NCBI GenBank assembly: GCA_002840985.1
Contig: PHDM01000007.1
Coordinates: forward strand, 787 to 64,786
Direction: 5' to 3'
Origin: Bacteroidetes bacterium HGW-Bacteroidetes-17
GTDB taxonomy: Bacteria; Bacteroidota; Bacteroidia; Bacteroidales; GCA-2711565
Length of the DNA stretch: 64,000 nt
In this document: piece after piece, positions 19,347 to 27,617 of the stretch
Numbering within the stretch: position 1 is the stretch's first letter
How the letters are laid out: each line of letters begins with the position of its first letter
Notes under the pieces: model-generated
The model's input: only the letters and a program-made list of their open reading frames with translations
The model's database searches: none
Told to the model about the DNA's origin: nothing
Position numbers and translations under genes: made by a program

Positions 19347-20477
19347 ATGGAAATGCCAATCCCCCAATTTTCAATACCTTTTATATTATTTGCAATATAT
19401 GCTTTGGCATTTATTGATCAGATGATATATTACTGGTTCATTTTTAGCAAGCTGGCTTTTTATCGTCCTACAGAACAAAGCAAAGAGTTGCTTCCTGTTT
19501 CAGTTGTGATTTGTGCCAGAAATGAAGATTATTTGCTAAAAACTTTGTTGCCAAAAATTTTAGAGCAAGATTATCCCAGCTTTGAAATAGTAGTCGTAAA
19601 CGACTCTTCAACCGATGATACACTTGAGTACCTTGAGGATTTAAAGAGGATCCACCCGAATATCAGCATTGTTAATATCGCCCAAAATTTGAATTTTTTT
19701 AGTGGAAAGAAATTCCCACTGTCGCTTGGTATCAAATCAGCAAAAAACGAGTTACTTGTATTAACCGACCCTGATTGTGAACCAACTTCCAATCAGTGGT
19801 TGAAAAATATGGCTTTAGCCTTCACTCCTTCAACGGAAATAGTTTTGGGATACGGTCCAATTAAGCCCGACAAGGGGTTATTTAATACAATTGTCCGTTA
19901 TGATACAATGCAAAGAGCTATTCAGTATCTATCCTATACATTAATTGGTAAAACATTTATGGGGGTTGGTCGAAATTTGGCGTATAAAAAGTCGCTTTTT
20001 TATAAATCAAAAGGTTTTATTTCTCATTATAAAATACAATCAGGTGATGATGATATATTCATAAATAGAGTTGCCACAAGTAAGAATACAAGCATATCCA
20101 TTCGTCCTGAAAGTTTTATGTATACTGCGTTTGTGCCCTATTTCCGTTTATGGTTTCTTCGTAAGCAACAACAATTAAATACGGTAAAATATTTTAGAAG
20201 TGGAACCCGTTTTTTATTAGGGAAATATGAACTAAGCAAGCTTGCTATTTATGCACTATTTGCAACACTTCTCATCTTGGAATACAATATTGTTATTGTA
20301 TTGGGGTTATTTGGATTAAGATTATTAACACAAATGATCATTATAAAAAAGAGTATGATCGTTTTATCAGAGCGTAAATTATTGTTAGTTTCACCTTTGT
20401 TGGAATTACTCATGATATTCATCCACATTACAGTGAGGATATCGAATGTATTTATTAAACAAAACAAATGGAAGTAG
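19347..20477 (+). CDS. Family 2 glycosyltransferase, membrane-anchored
   Basis: 376 aa. 'VSVVICARNE' and 'VVVNDSSTDDT', a 'TDPDC' DxD-like motif, and C-terminal TM helices. Confidence 0.85.
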   Translation: MEMPIPQFSIPFILFAIYALAFIDQMIYYWFIFSKLAFYRPTEQSKELLPVSVVICARNEDYLLKTLLPKILEQDYPSFEIVVVNDSSTDDTLEYLEDLKRIHPNISIVNIAQNLNFFSGKKFPLSLGIKSAKNELLVLTDPDCEPTSNQWLKNMALAFTPSTEIVLGYGPIKPDKGLFNTIVRYDTMQRAIQYLSYTLIGKTFMGVGRNLAYKKSLFYKSKGFISHYKIQSGDDDIFINRVATSKNTSISIRPESFMYTAFVPYFRLWFLRKQQQLNTVKYFRSGTRFLLGKYELSKLAIYALFATLLILEYNIVIVLGLFGLRLLTQMIIIKKSMIVLSERKLLLVSPLLELLMIFIHITVRISNVFIKQNKWK

Positions 20478-21076
20478 GGTCGCATCTGACGGAGAAGGGA
20501 TTACGTGATTATAAGTTGGTTTTGGCAGCAGTAAATAATGGTGACCAGAAAGCATATGCTACGTTAATGCATTATTATCGAGATTCATTATACTTCATGC
20601 TTTTGAAAATGACTAATAATCCTGACGATGCAGATGATCTTACCATCGAAGCATTCGGTAAAGCATTTAAAAAGCTTGAACAATATACTCCCGATTACGC
20701 TTTTAGTACCTGGCTATTTAAAATTGCTTCCAATAATTGCATCGATTTTATCCGTAAAAAGAAAAAAAATACTTTTTCATTAAACAATAGGGGCGAAGAT
20801 GAAAATAGTCACGAATTAGGTGAAAGTATTCCTTCTGAAACCTTAGATCCTGAAGAAAGAATAATAAAGACACAAAAAATTGAAATGATGCATGAGGTTG
20901 TTGAAAAATTAAAACCTCATTATCGAACCTTGATAGAGTTGCGATATTTTAAAGAGTTTTCGTATGAGGAAATTTCAAAAGAATTAGATCTGCCATTGGG
21001 CACAGTTAAGGCTCAACTATTCAGAGCTCGTGAGTTTTTGTTTAATATTCTCAAAAACATACCTGAAAAATACTAG
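20468..21076 (+). CDS. Sigma-70 family (ECF-like) RNA polymerase sigma factor
   Basis: 202 aa. Region 2 'DADDLTIEAFGKAF...FSTWLFKIASNNCIDFIRKK' and region 4 'ELRYFKEFSYEEISKELDLPLGTVKAQLFRAR'. Overlaps the GT2 stop by 10 nt. Confidence 0.85.
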   Translation: MEVGSHLTEKGLRDYKLVLAAVNNGDQKAYATLMHYYRDSLYFMLLKMTNNPDDADDLTIEAFGKAFKKLEQYTPDYAFSTWLFKIASNNCIDFIRKKKKNTFSLNNRGEDENSHELGESIPSETLDPEERIIKTQKIEMMHEVVEKLKPHYRTLIELRYFKEFSYEEISKELDLPLGTVKAQLFRAREFLFNILKNIPEKY

Positions 21077-21259
21077 CTTTTTGTATAATAAAGAGTTCAA
21101 TTATTTATCGAAGTATTTTTTGTCTATTTTTAATCCTCCTTCGCATTCGCTTCGGCGGACGAGAAGTTGGGTCAAAGGCTTCGGGGTTTTACTCCGAAAA
21201 CAAGGGTTCAGGGTTCTACCCTGAGGGTTAAAACCATTTATTTTGTAAATCTAATTCAA

Positions 21260-23125
21260 ATGAGCACTAAAGTTTTCAGGAAAGCAGTTCGGTTTTATTC
21301 GGATCCTAAAAGGGTAATAACACGTTTCTTTTTTCCTGGCCCGGAAACCCGGGTACAATCTATTATCCAAAAAGTGATTGATATGCCCGATCAGGCAGCC
21401 AAACTTACCTTAAATCAATCATTACGTGATTTTTCCAGTCGTCATCGAAATATTTCCCGCATATTTCAAACTAACTTTAATCGTGTACAGGAGATTATGA
21501 ATGGCAGAAATGGGAATTTAAATGAACTTCCTGATTTTAAAAAACTATTGATAGGTGCTTATTTTACCAGTGAGTATTCTATCGAATCAGCTGCGTTTTT
21601 TAACCCATCCATCGTAGAAGATCCTGATCAAACAGGATTAATGGAAGGAGAAAAAAGGGTCATTCTCAGTTTTAGGGCTACAGGTGAAGGACATATTTCT
21701 TCCATCGTTTTTAGGGGAGGTTTGCTTGATAAGGATAATAATTTACAAGTTATACAGACCGGAAAATTAGTTGATGAAGCTGAGGCGATAAGAAATAAAG
21801 TTTATCAAAAAGAAGAATTCTTTCATAAACTAATGGAAATGCATTTGACAGAAACAGAACTTGCCCCTGTTTCTGAAAAGCTGCGATTTGAATTTGATTA
21901 TAATGAGTTAATAAATGCCATCAACCAAACCATTCTTGAAATCAGACCGGATGCTGCAGCAAGAAAGAAACTGCAAACCATGACCTGGTTGGCCGATTCA
22001 CATTATGAAATTACCTTTTCACTTGATACTGGAATTTCTGATCGGGTAATTTTCCCTATCGCAGCATCTGAAAGTAACGGAATTGAGGATGCCCGCTTTG
22101 TAAAGTTTACCGAAAATGACGGGACCATAAATTATTATGCAACTTATACGGCTTACAATGGGTTTACTATCATGCCAAAGCTTATCGTTACCAAAGATTT
22201 TTATCATTTTAAAAGTATGCCTATTCATGGAGAAAATGCACAGAATAAAGGAATGGCATTATTTCCCCGGAAGCTCAATGGTAAATATGCAATGCTTTCA
22301 AGGATCGATGGCATAAATAATTACATCATGTTTTCAGAGGATATTAATATTTGGAACAAGGCTAAAAAAATTCAGGAACCAAAATTCCCATGGGAATATA
22401 TTCAGGTTGGAAATTGTGGCTCTCCGATTGAAACAGAACATGGATGGTTAGTAATTACTCACGGGGTAGGTACCATGCGAAAATATTGTTTGGGTGCAAC
22501 TCTGCTTGATTTAGAAGATCCTACCAAGGTAATTGGGCAATTGAGCGAGCCATTGCTTATGCCAAATGAAGAGGAACGTGAAGGTTATGTTCCAAATGTA
22601 GTTTATTCATGTGGTTCGATAATACATAACAATCAGTTGATCCTTCCATATGCAATGTCTGATACGGCTTCTACTTATGCTGCCATTCCGATGGATGATT
22701 TGATGGAACGACTGATTCCGGCAGGCTATAATGTTGAAAAGAAAAATGGCGATGCCAAAGCAAGTAAAGCACGCATTTTAGTTGTGGAAGATGAGGTAAT
22801 CAATCAAAAAATAATAGCCAGTATTTTACGATCGGGTGGATATGAAGTTGAAATTGCACCTGATGGAATTGTCGCCCTAATTCAAATTTCAAAAGGTAAA
22901 TTTGATTTGATTCTTTCAGATATTGCCATGCCAAATTTTGATGGCTATCAAATGCTCGATTATATCAACGATAATAATATTAAAATTCCGGTCGTCCTCT
23001 TATCCGGATTTACTAGCAAGGAAGAAGAAGCCAAGGGGTTGAAGATGGGGGCAGTCGAATATATCAAGAAGCCTGTTGACCGAGAAGTATTGTTGTTAAG
23101 GATTCAGAAAATCTTAAAGAAATAA
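21260..23125 (+). CDS. GH130-like (DUF377/PH1107-related) glycosidase or phosphorylase fold fused to a C-terminal response-regulator receiver domain
   Basis: GH130-type motifs 'NGIEDARF', 'YYATYTAY', 'GSPIETEHGWLVITHGV', 'GYVPNVVYSCG'. The last 119 aa (22766-23122) form a REC domain: 'ILVVEDE', 'LILSDIAMP', 'VVLLSGF', 'YIKKP'. I prefer the ATG at 21260 over the ORF-track start at 21167. Confidence 0.75.
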   Translation: MSTKVFRKAVRFYSDPKRVITRFFFPGPETRVQSIIQKVIDMPDQAAKLTLNQSLRDFSSRHRNISRIFQTNFNRVQEIMNGRNGNLNELPDFKKLLIGAYFTSEYSIESAAFFNPSIVEDPDQTGLMEGEKRVILSFRATGEGHISSIVFRGGLLDKDNNLQVIQTGKLVDEAEAIRNKVYQKEEFFHKLMEMHLTETELAPVSEKLRFEFDYNELINAINQTILEIRPDAAARKKLQTMTWLADSHYEITFSLDTGISDRVIFPIAASESNGIEDARFVKFTENDGTINYYATYTAYNGFTIMPKLIVTKDFYHFKSMPIHGENAQNKGMALFPRKLNGKYAMLSRIDGINNYIMFSEDINIWNKAKKIQEPKFPWEYIQVGNCGSPIETEHGWLVITHGVGTMRKYCLGATLLDLEDPTKVIGQLSEPLLMPNEEEREGYVPNVVYSCGSIIHNNQLILPYAMSDTASTYAAIPMDDLMERLIPAGYNVEKKNGDAKASKARILVVEDEVINQKIIASILRSGGYEVEIAPDGIVALIQISKGKFDLILSDIAMPNFDGYQMLDYINDNNIKIPVVLLSGFTSKEEEAKGLKMGAVEYIKKPVDREVLLLRIQKILKK

Positions 23126-23185
23126 GTTGCGGTTTTGATCAGCCACAATAAACTTTGTTGCAGAAATGAAGCCGCGTTTAAATTG

Positions 23186-25378
23186 TTAATGGTAATCGCT
23201 TGCAATTAGGTATGCATGGATATACGAAATCGTACTTTCTGCCCCCTGATTTCGATTGATCGTAAATTCTTCAAGCCCATCGTTGCAACCACCTGTTTCT
23301 TCATCGTACATCGGAATGCTATGATCATTTTTTCCAAGAAACCACTCAAAACAAATTTTAAGTTTTGTAGCCGCATCCTCACTTTGTAATGCTTGATATT
23401 TAGCGTGATATAAAATTACCATTGCTGCTGCATCGATGGGTTGTTGACCGTAGATTGCAAATTCTCCAAACTTTGGATACCACTCCCGATTACCAATAAT
23501 TCGTAAGTATCCTTCAGTGAAACATTTACGTTCAAGGAATTGGGTGGATTTTTCGGCAATTTCAAGATATTCATCGTTGTGAAGTACTTCATGGGCCCGA
23601 TACATTGCGGCTGGTAACAATCCATTGTCATAAGTTAAAATGTCTTCGTACCAATTCCAATCATCCTTACTATATTTATAAAAAGCTGCTGCCATTTTTT
23701 TCGCAAGCTCATTTAATCGAATTCCGAACTCTTCCCGATCGGGATATTTTTTGATGTAATGGTACAGTCCCAGCATGGTGTTTGCCCAACCCCTCACATG
23801 CTGAAGTTCATTGAACCAGCCAAGTGAACGAACAAACATTTCGTGCCCGATTTGTAAAATGGAATCATTGGGCGCGTATCTGATCAAGTATCCCAATGCC
23901 CAAATGGTTCTTCCAAAAGCATCATCCGAACCAATTTGGTCAAGAAATTCTTTATTATAACTCAGGTAATTTTTATAACTCCCATTTGAGTTACGCATGT
24001 AAATTAAATAAGTGCTATAACGGTAAATCAGCTGAAGGAAATTGTCGTCTTTAAATCTTTTATAAGCCCTTAAACAGAGCAATAATGCCCTGGCATTATC
24101 ATCTAAGCAATAGCCTGTTCTGTAATCCGGAAGACTACCTTTGGCAAACTGTATAATTCCTGTTTTATCTGTCATACGCTCGAGATGCAAGCGTTTCAAA
24201 GGAGGAATTTTAAAAGAATCCTTTTGATCTTCAAATTGATCAATTGCTTCTTTTAGGCATTCATTATATTGATCAATAATGGGCCATGCAATTTTTAACC
24301 CATATTGATAGGCCCTTTTTTGGTATCCTTTTAATTTTTCAGGGTGATCAAGTAAATCATTAATAATATTTGAAAGATGCTTTTTGTCGCCAAAATCAAA
24401 TAAGATTCCGGTATCATTTGCCAACAATTCTTCAGCGTGCCAATAAGGTGTAGAGATAACTGCAGATCCTCCACCTACTGCATATGCCAATGTTCCACTG
24501 GTAATCTGGGCCTTATTATGATAAGGGGTAATGTAAATATCTGAGGCTAAGAGGTAATTTATTAGTTCTTCTTCATCCACATAACGGTTTTCAAAAAGAA
24601 CATTGTTTTCGATTTTAAGATCTTTAGTAAGTTGGGCCAGGAATTCCCGGTATTCTTCACCTGCATGTTTAATTACATGAGGATGTGTTTTCCCAAGGAT
24701 AACATAAAGTAAATCGGGGTGTTTTTCTACCACTTTTGGCAAGGCTCTTAGAGCGACTTCAATGCCTTTGCTGCGCCCGATTAACCCAAATGTCAAAATC
24801 ACCTTCCTATTTAAAAACTCTTTCGGCTTTATGATTTCTTTATTTGCATAATTCTTATAATCAGGAACCCCGTGTTCAATCCTTAAGATTTTATTTTCTG
24901 GTATTTCGAACACCTCTTTCAAAAACTTAACGGCAAGATTGCTCATAACCACCAACTTCGATGAATATTTAGCAATCGTTTTTAATACCTCTTTTTGTAG
25001 AAAAGTCGGACTTTGGAGAACGGTATGCAAGGTAGTTACGATTGGGATATTGACCCTTCGCAACAATCGTAAAAGCAAAAGCCCGCTGTCACCTCCAAAT
25101 ATTCCGTATTCGTGTTCCAGCAAACATACCTCGGCACCCGACTGATTAATAAAATCCGCGGCAGAAAGATATTCATCGAGAACCTGATCATTAATGACCC
25201 TAACTACTTTTTCACTGTAATCATAAACCTGATTATGATCGTTCATTGCAATGATTTCAATTTCAAGATCGTCATGATTTATTTCGGCAGCTGTCATCAT
25301 CGACTTGACCATATTTTCGGTAAAGGTCGCGATGCCACATTTGCGAGGGGGGTAATTACCAATGCAAATTACTTTCAT
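23186..25378 (-). CDS. GT4 (group 1) glycosyltransferase fused to a C-terminal (alpha/alpha)6-barrel-like domain
   Basis: 730 aa. The N-terminal ~385 aa have GT4 features ('GIATFTENM', 'FGLIGRSKGIE', 'YITPY...SGTLAYAVGGGSAVIST'). The C-terminal ~340 aa carry toroid-like motifs 'CLDDNARALL', 'DAFGRTIWALGY', 'TYDNGLLPAAM', 'NRNQGAEST'. No signal peptide. Confidence 0.72.
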   Translation of the reverse strand: MKVICIGNYPPRKCGIATFTENMVKSMMTAAEINHDDLEIEIIAMNDHNQVYDYSEKVVRVINDQVLDEYLSAADFINQSGAEVCLLEHEYGIFGGDSGLLLLRLLRRVNIPIVTTLHTVLQSPTFLQKEVLKTIAKYSSKLVVMSNLAVKFLKEVFEIPENKILRIEHGVPDYKNYANKEIIKPKEFLNRKVILTFGLIGRSKGIEVALRALPKVVEKHPDLLYVILGKTHPHVIKHAGEEYREFLAQLTKDLKIENNVLFENRYVDEEELINYLLASDIYITPYHNKAQITSGTLAYAVGGGSAVISTPYWHAEELLANDTGILFDFGDKKHLSNIINDLLDHPEKLKGYQKRAYQYGLKIAWPIIDQYNECLKEAIDQFEDQKDSFKIPPLKRLHLERMTDKTGIIQFAKGSLPDYRTGYCLDDNARALLLCLRAYKRFKDDNFLQLIYRYSTYLIYMRNSNGSYKNYLSYNKEFLDQIGSDDAFGRTIWALGYLIRYAPNDSILQIGHEMFVRSLGWFNELQHVRGWANTMLGLYHYIKKYPDREEFGIRLNELAKKMAAAFYKYSKDDWNWYEDILTYDNGLLPAAMYRAHEVLHNDEYLEIAEKSTQFLERKCFTEGYLRIIGNREWYPKFGEFAIYGQQPIDAAAMVILYHAKYQALQSEDAATKLKICFEWFLGKNDHSIPMYDEETGGCNDGLEEFTINRNQGAESTISYIHAYLIASDYH

Positions 25379-25473
25379 GCTTTAAGGTATTAATTGTTTT
25401 ATGCTGTTCTTCGACTTAAATGCAAGATATAAAAAATAGTAAGATTATCAATGGCAAATTAAGGGCATTATTG

Positions 25474-25481
25474 TAAATTTG
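25474..25481 (+). promoter_or_regulatory. Candidate Bacteroidota -7 promoter box (TAnnTTTG) for hutU
   Basis: TAAATTTG lies 30 nt upstream of the GTG start. No clear -33 TTTG is present at the expected spacing. Confidence 0.3.
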
Positions 25482-25511
25482 TAAGCATGTCAAAACCTAA
25501 TACCAAAAATT

Positions 25512-27515
25512 GTGAATGATTTCCAGCAAGCAATAAAAAGGGGAATTCCCGACACTTTACCTGACCTTCAGGCTTATAATCCAAAGGTAAACCACGCTCC
25601 GGTTCGTAAAGATATTTTAAGTAAAGAAGAGAAAAAGCTTGCCCTTCGAAATGCGCTTCGCTATTTCGATCCGAAACATCATGAAACCCTTGCCCCCGAA
25701 TTTGCAGAAGAACTTAAAAAGTACGGACGGATTTACATGTATCGTTTTCGCCCGACATACGGGATGTATGCCCGTGGCATTAATGAATATCCTCACCGTA
25801 CAAAACAGGCGGCAGGAATCATGCTTATGCTTCAAAACAATCTTGATCCCAGCGTTGCCCAACATCCGTATGAGTTGATTACTTATGGAGGCAACGGGGC
25901 CGTTTTCCAAAATTGGGCACAGTACCTGCTCACAATGAAATATCTTTCGGAAATGACGGACGAGCAGACATTGGCACTTTATTCCGGTCATCCGATGGGC
26001 TTGTTTCCTTCGCATAAAGGAGCACCGAGGGTGGTTGTTACGAATGGCATGGTTATTCCGAATTATTCATCTCAGGATCATTGGGAAAAATTTAATGCAT
26101 TAGGTGTTTCGCAGTACGGACAGATGACTGCTGGTTCGTTCATGTATATTGGCCCTCAGGGAATTGTTCATGGCACTACCATTACCGTTTTAAATGCCGG
26201 CCGGAAGATCGAAAAAAATGGTGAAGGGCTTGCCGGAAAAATTTTCTGCACTTCAGGATTGGGAGGAATGTCGGGAGCTCAGCCAAAAGCAGCCGTTATT
26301 GCAGGTGCCATTGGATTGATTGCTGAAATTAATCCCAAGGTTGTTAAAACCCGTTTTGAACAAGGATGGGTGGATGAGGTTTTTACAGATTTATCGGAAT
26401 TAATTAAAAGGGTAAAAACTGCCCAGACCAATAAAGAAGCCGTTTCAATCGCTTACCAAGGCAATGTGGTGGATTTATGGGAACGATTGGCCGACGACGA
26501 AATCTTTGTGGATTTAGGTTCTGATCAAACTTCACTTCACAACCCATGGTCGGGTGGGTATTATCCTGTTGGGATGAGTTTGGAGGAGTCGAATGAAATG
26601 ATTGCAAACAATCCTGAAAAATTCAAAGAAAAAGTTAAAGAAACTTTGCGAAGGCATGTAAGAGCCATCAACCGCTTGACGGCAAAAGGCATGTATTTTT
26701 TCGATTATGGAAATGCCTTTTTGCTTGAATCAAGCAGGGCAGATGCCGAAATCATGAATAAAGATGGGAAATTTAAATATCCTTCCTATGTTCAGGATAT
26801 CATGGGCCCCATGTGTTTCGATTATGGTTTTGGGCCTTTCCGTTGGGTTTGTACTTCGGGCATAGCAGAAGATTTGGAAATTACCGACCGGATTGCGATG
26901 GAAGTACTGAGTAAAATTGCTGAAACCGCGCCTGTTGAAATCAGCCAGCAAATGCGAGATAATATTCAGTGGATCAGGGAGGCTCAGAAAAACAAATTGG
27001 TGGTGGGATCTCAGGCCCGGATTTTATATGCCGATTGCGAAGGACGAACTAGAATAGCAGAAGCATTTAATAAAGCAATTAAAGAAGGAAAAATCTCAGC
27101 CCCGGTTGTTTTGGGCCGCGATCATCACGATGTTTCCGGTACCGATTCTCCTTATCGCGAAACCTCGAATATTTATGACGGCTCGCAATTTACCGCTGAT
27201 ATGGCTGTTCAAAATGTGATTGGTGATTCTTTCCGCGGAGCTACGTGGGTAAGTATCCACAACGGTGGAGGTGTTGGTTGGGGCGAAGTAATCAATGGTG
27301 GTTTTGGAATGCTTTTAGATGGAACTGCAGAAGCCGATCAACGACTGAAAATGATGTTGCACTGGGATGTGAACAACGGAATTTCGCGCCGTAGCTGGGC
27401 CCGTAACGAAGGAGCGGTATTTGCGATAAAACGCGCCATGGAAGCCGAACCAAACTTGAAAGTTACCCTTCCTAATTTCGCGGATGATGGGTTGATTAAT
27501 GAGATAATGAGTTAA
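25512..27515 (+). CDS. hutU: Urocanate hydratase
   Basis: 667 aa with a GTG start. 'TYGGNGAVFQNW', 'GQMTAGSFMYIGPQGIVHGT', 'GLGGMSGAQPKA', 'RDHHDVSGTDSPYRETS'. Confidence 0.95.
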   Translation: MNDFQQAIKRGIPDTLPDLQAYNPKVNHAPVRKDILSKEEKKLALRNALRYFDPKHHETLAPEFAEELKKYGRIYMYRFRPTYGMYARGINEYPHRTKQAAGIMLMLQNNLDPSVAQHPYELITYGGNGAVFQNWAQYLLTMKYLSEMTDEQTLALYSGHPMGLFPSHKGAPRVVVTNGMVIPNYSSQDHWEKFNALGVSQYGQMTAGSFMYIGPQGIVHGTTITVLNAGRKIEKNGEGLAGKIFCTSGLGGMSGAQPKAAVIAGAIGLIAEINPKVVKTRFEQGWVDEVFTDLSELIKRVKTAQTNKEAVSIAYQGNVVDLWERLADDEIFVDLGSDQTSLHNPWSGGYYPVGMSLEESNEMIANNPEKFKEKVKETLRRHVRAINRLTAKGMYFFDYGNAFLLESSRADAEIMNKDGKFKYPSYVQDIMGPMCFDYGFGPFRWVCTSGIAEDLEITDRIAMEVLSKIAETAPVEISQQMRDNIQWIREAQKNKLVVGSQARILYADCEGRTRIAEAFNKAIKEGKISAPVVLGRDHHDVSGTDSPYRETSNIYDGSQFTADMAVQNVIGDSFRGATWVSIHNGGGVGWGEVINGGFGMLLDGTAEADQRLKMMLHWDVNNGISRRSWARNEGAVFAIKRAMEAEPNLKVTLPNFADDGLINEIMS

Positions 27516-27534
27516 TGTGCCAATTTGCTAATTG

Positions 27535-27586
27535 TAATAAGGGACGCCATCCGCCAATTGGCGGATGGCGTCCCTTATTATTTTTT
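27535..27586 (+). terminator. Very strong intrinsic terminator between convergent genes
   Basis: Perfect 21-bp stem taataagggacgccatccgcc / ggcggatggcgtcccttatta with loop AATT (27535-27580), followed by TTTTTT. Confidence 0.8.
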
Positions 27587-27617
27587 CCCGAGAAGTTTAT
27601 CGCTATTATATTAGAGG

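Noticed and set aside
21131-21240. A possible tRNA or other known small RNA in the GC-rich island.
   Set aside because: There is no cloverleaf arrangement, no GTTCGAATC-type T-loop and no acceptor-stem pairing. I could not match it to any riboswitch or sRNA class from memory. It is kept only as an unclassified structured element.
21167-21259. The ORF-track N-terminal extension of the GH130-REC gene (MGQRLRGFTPKTRVQGSTLRVKTIYFVNLIQ).
   Set aside because: It runs through the GC-rich hairpin island, is Arg/Gly/Thr-rich low-complexity sequence unlike the rest of the protein, and begins in the spacer after the sigma gene. The ATG at 21260 gives a normal N-terminus.
25617-26015. A 132-aa antisense ORF inside hutU. 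Similar nested or antisense ORFs occur at 33437-33859, 36575-36937, 38031-38336, 46345-46659, 48426-48734, 54584-54895, 56184-56593, 57450-57773, 58852-59247 and 61437-61754.
   Set aside because: All lie entirely within strongly supported genes on the opposite strand or in another frame. They have low-complexity or Cys/His/Arg-rich composition and no recognisable motifs, so they are most likely frame-shadow ORFs.
25512-27515. hutU as an 'orphan' histidine-utilisation gene, with no hutH, hutI or hutG/ftcD nearby.
   Set aside because: The other hut genes may simply lie outside this window. Scattered hut genes are not unusual, so this is not evidence of anything novel.
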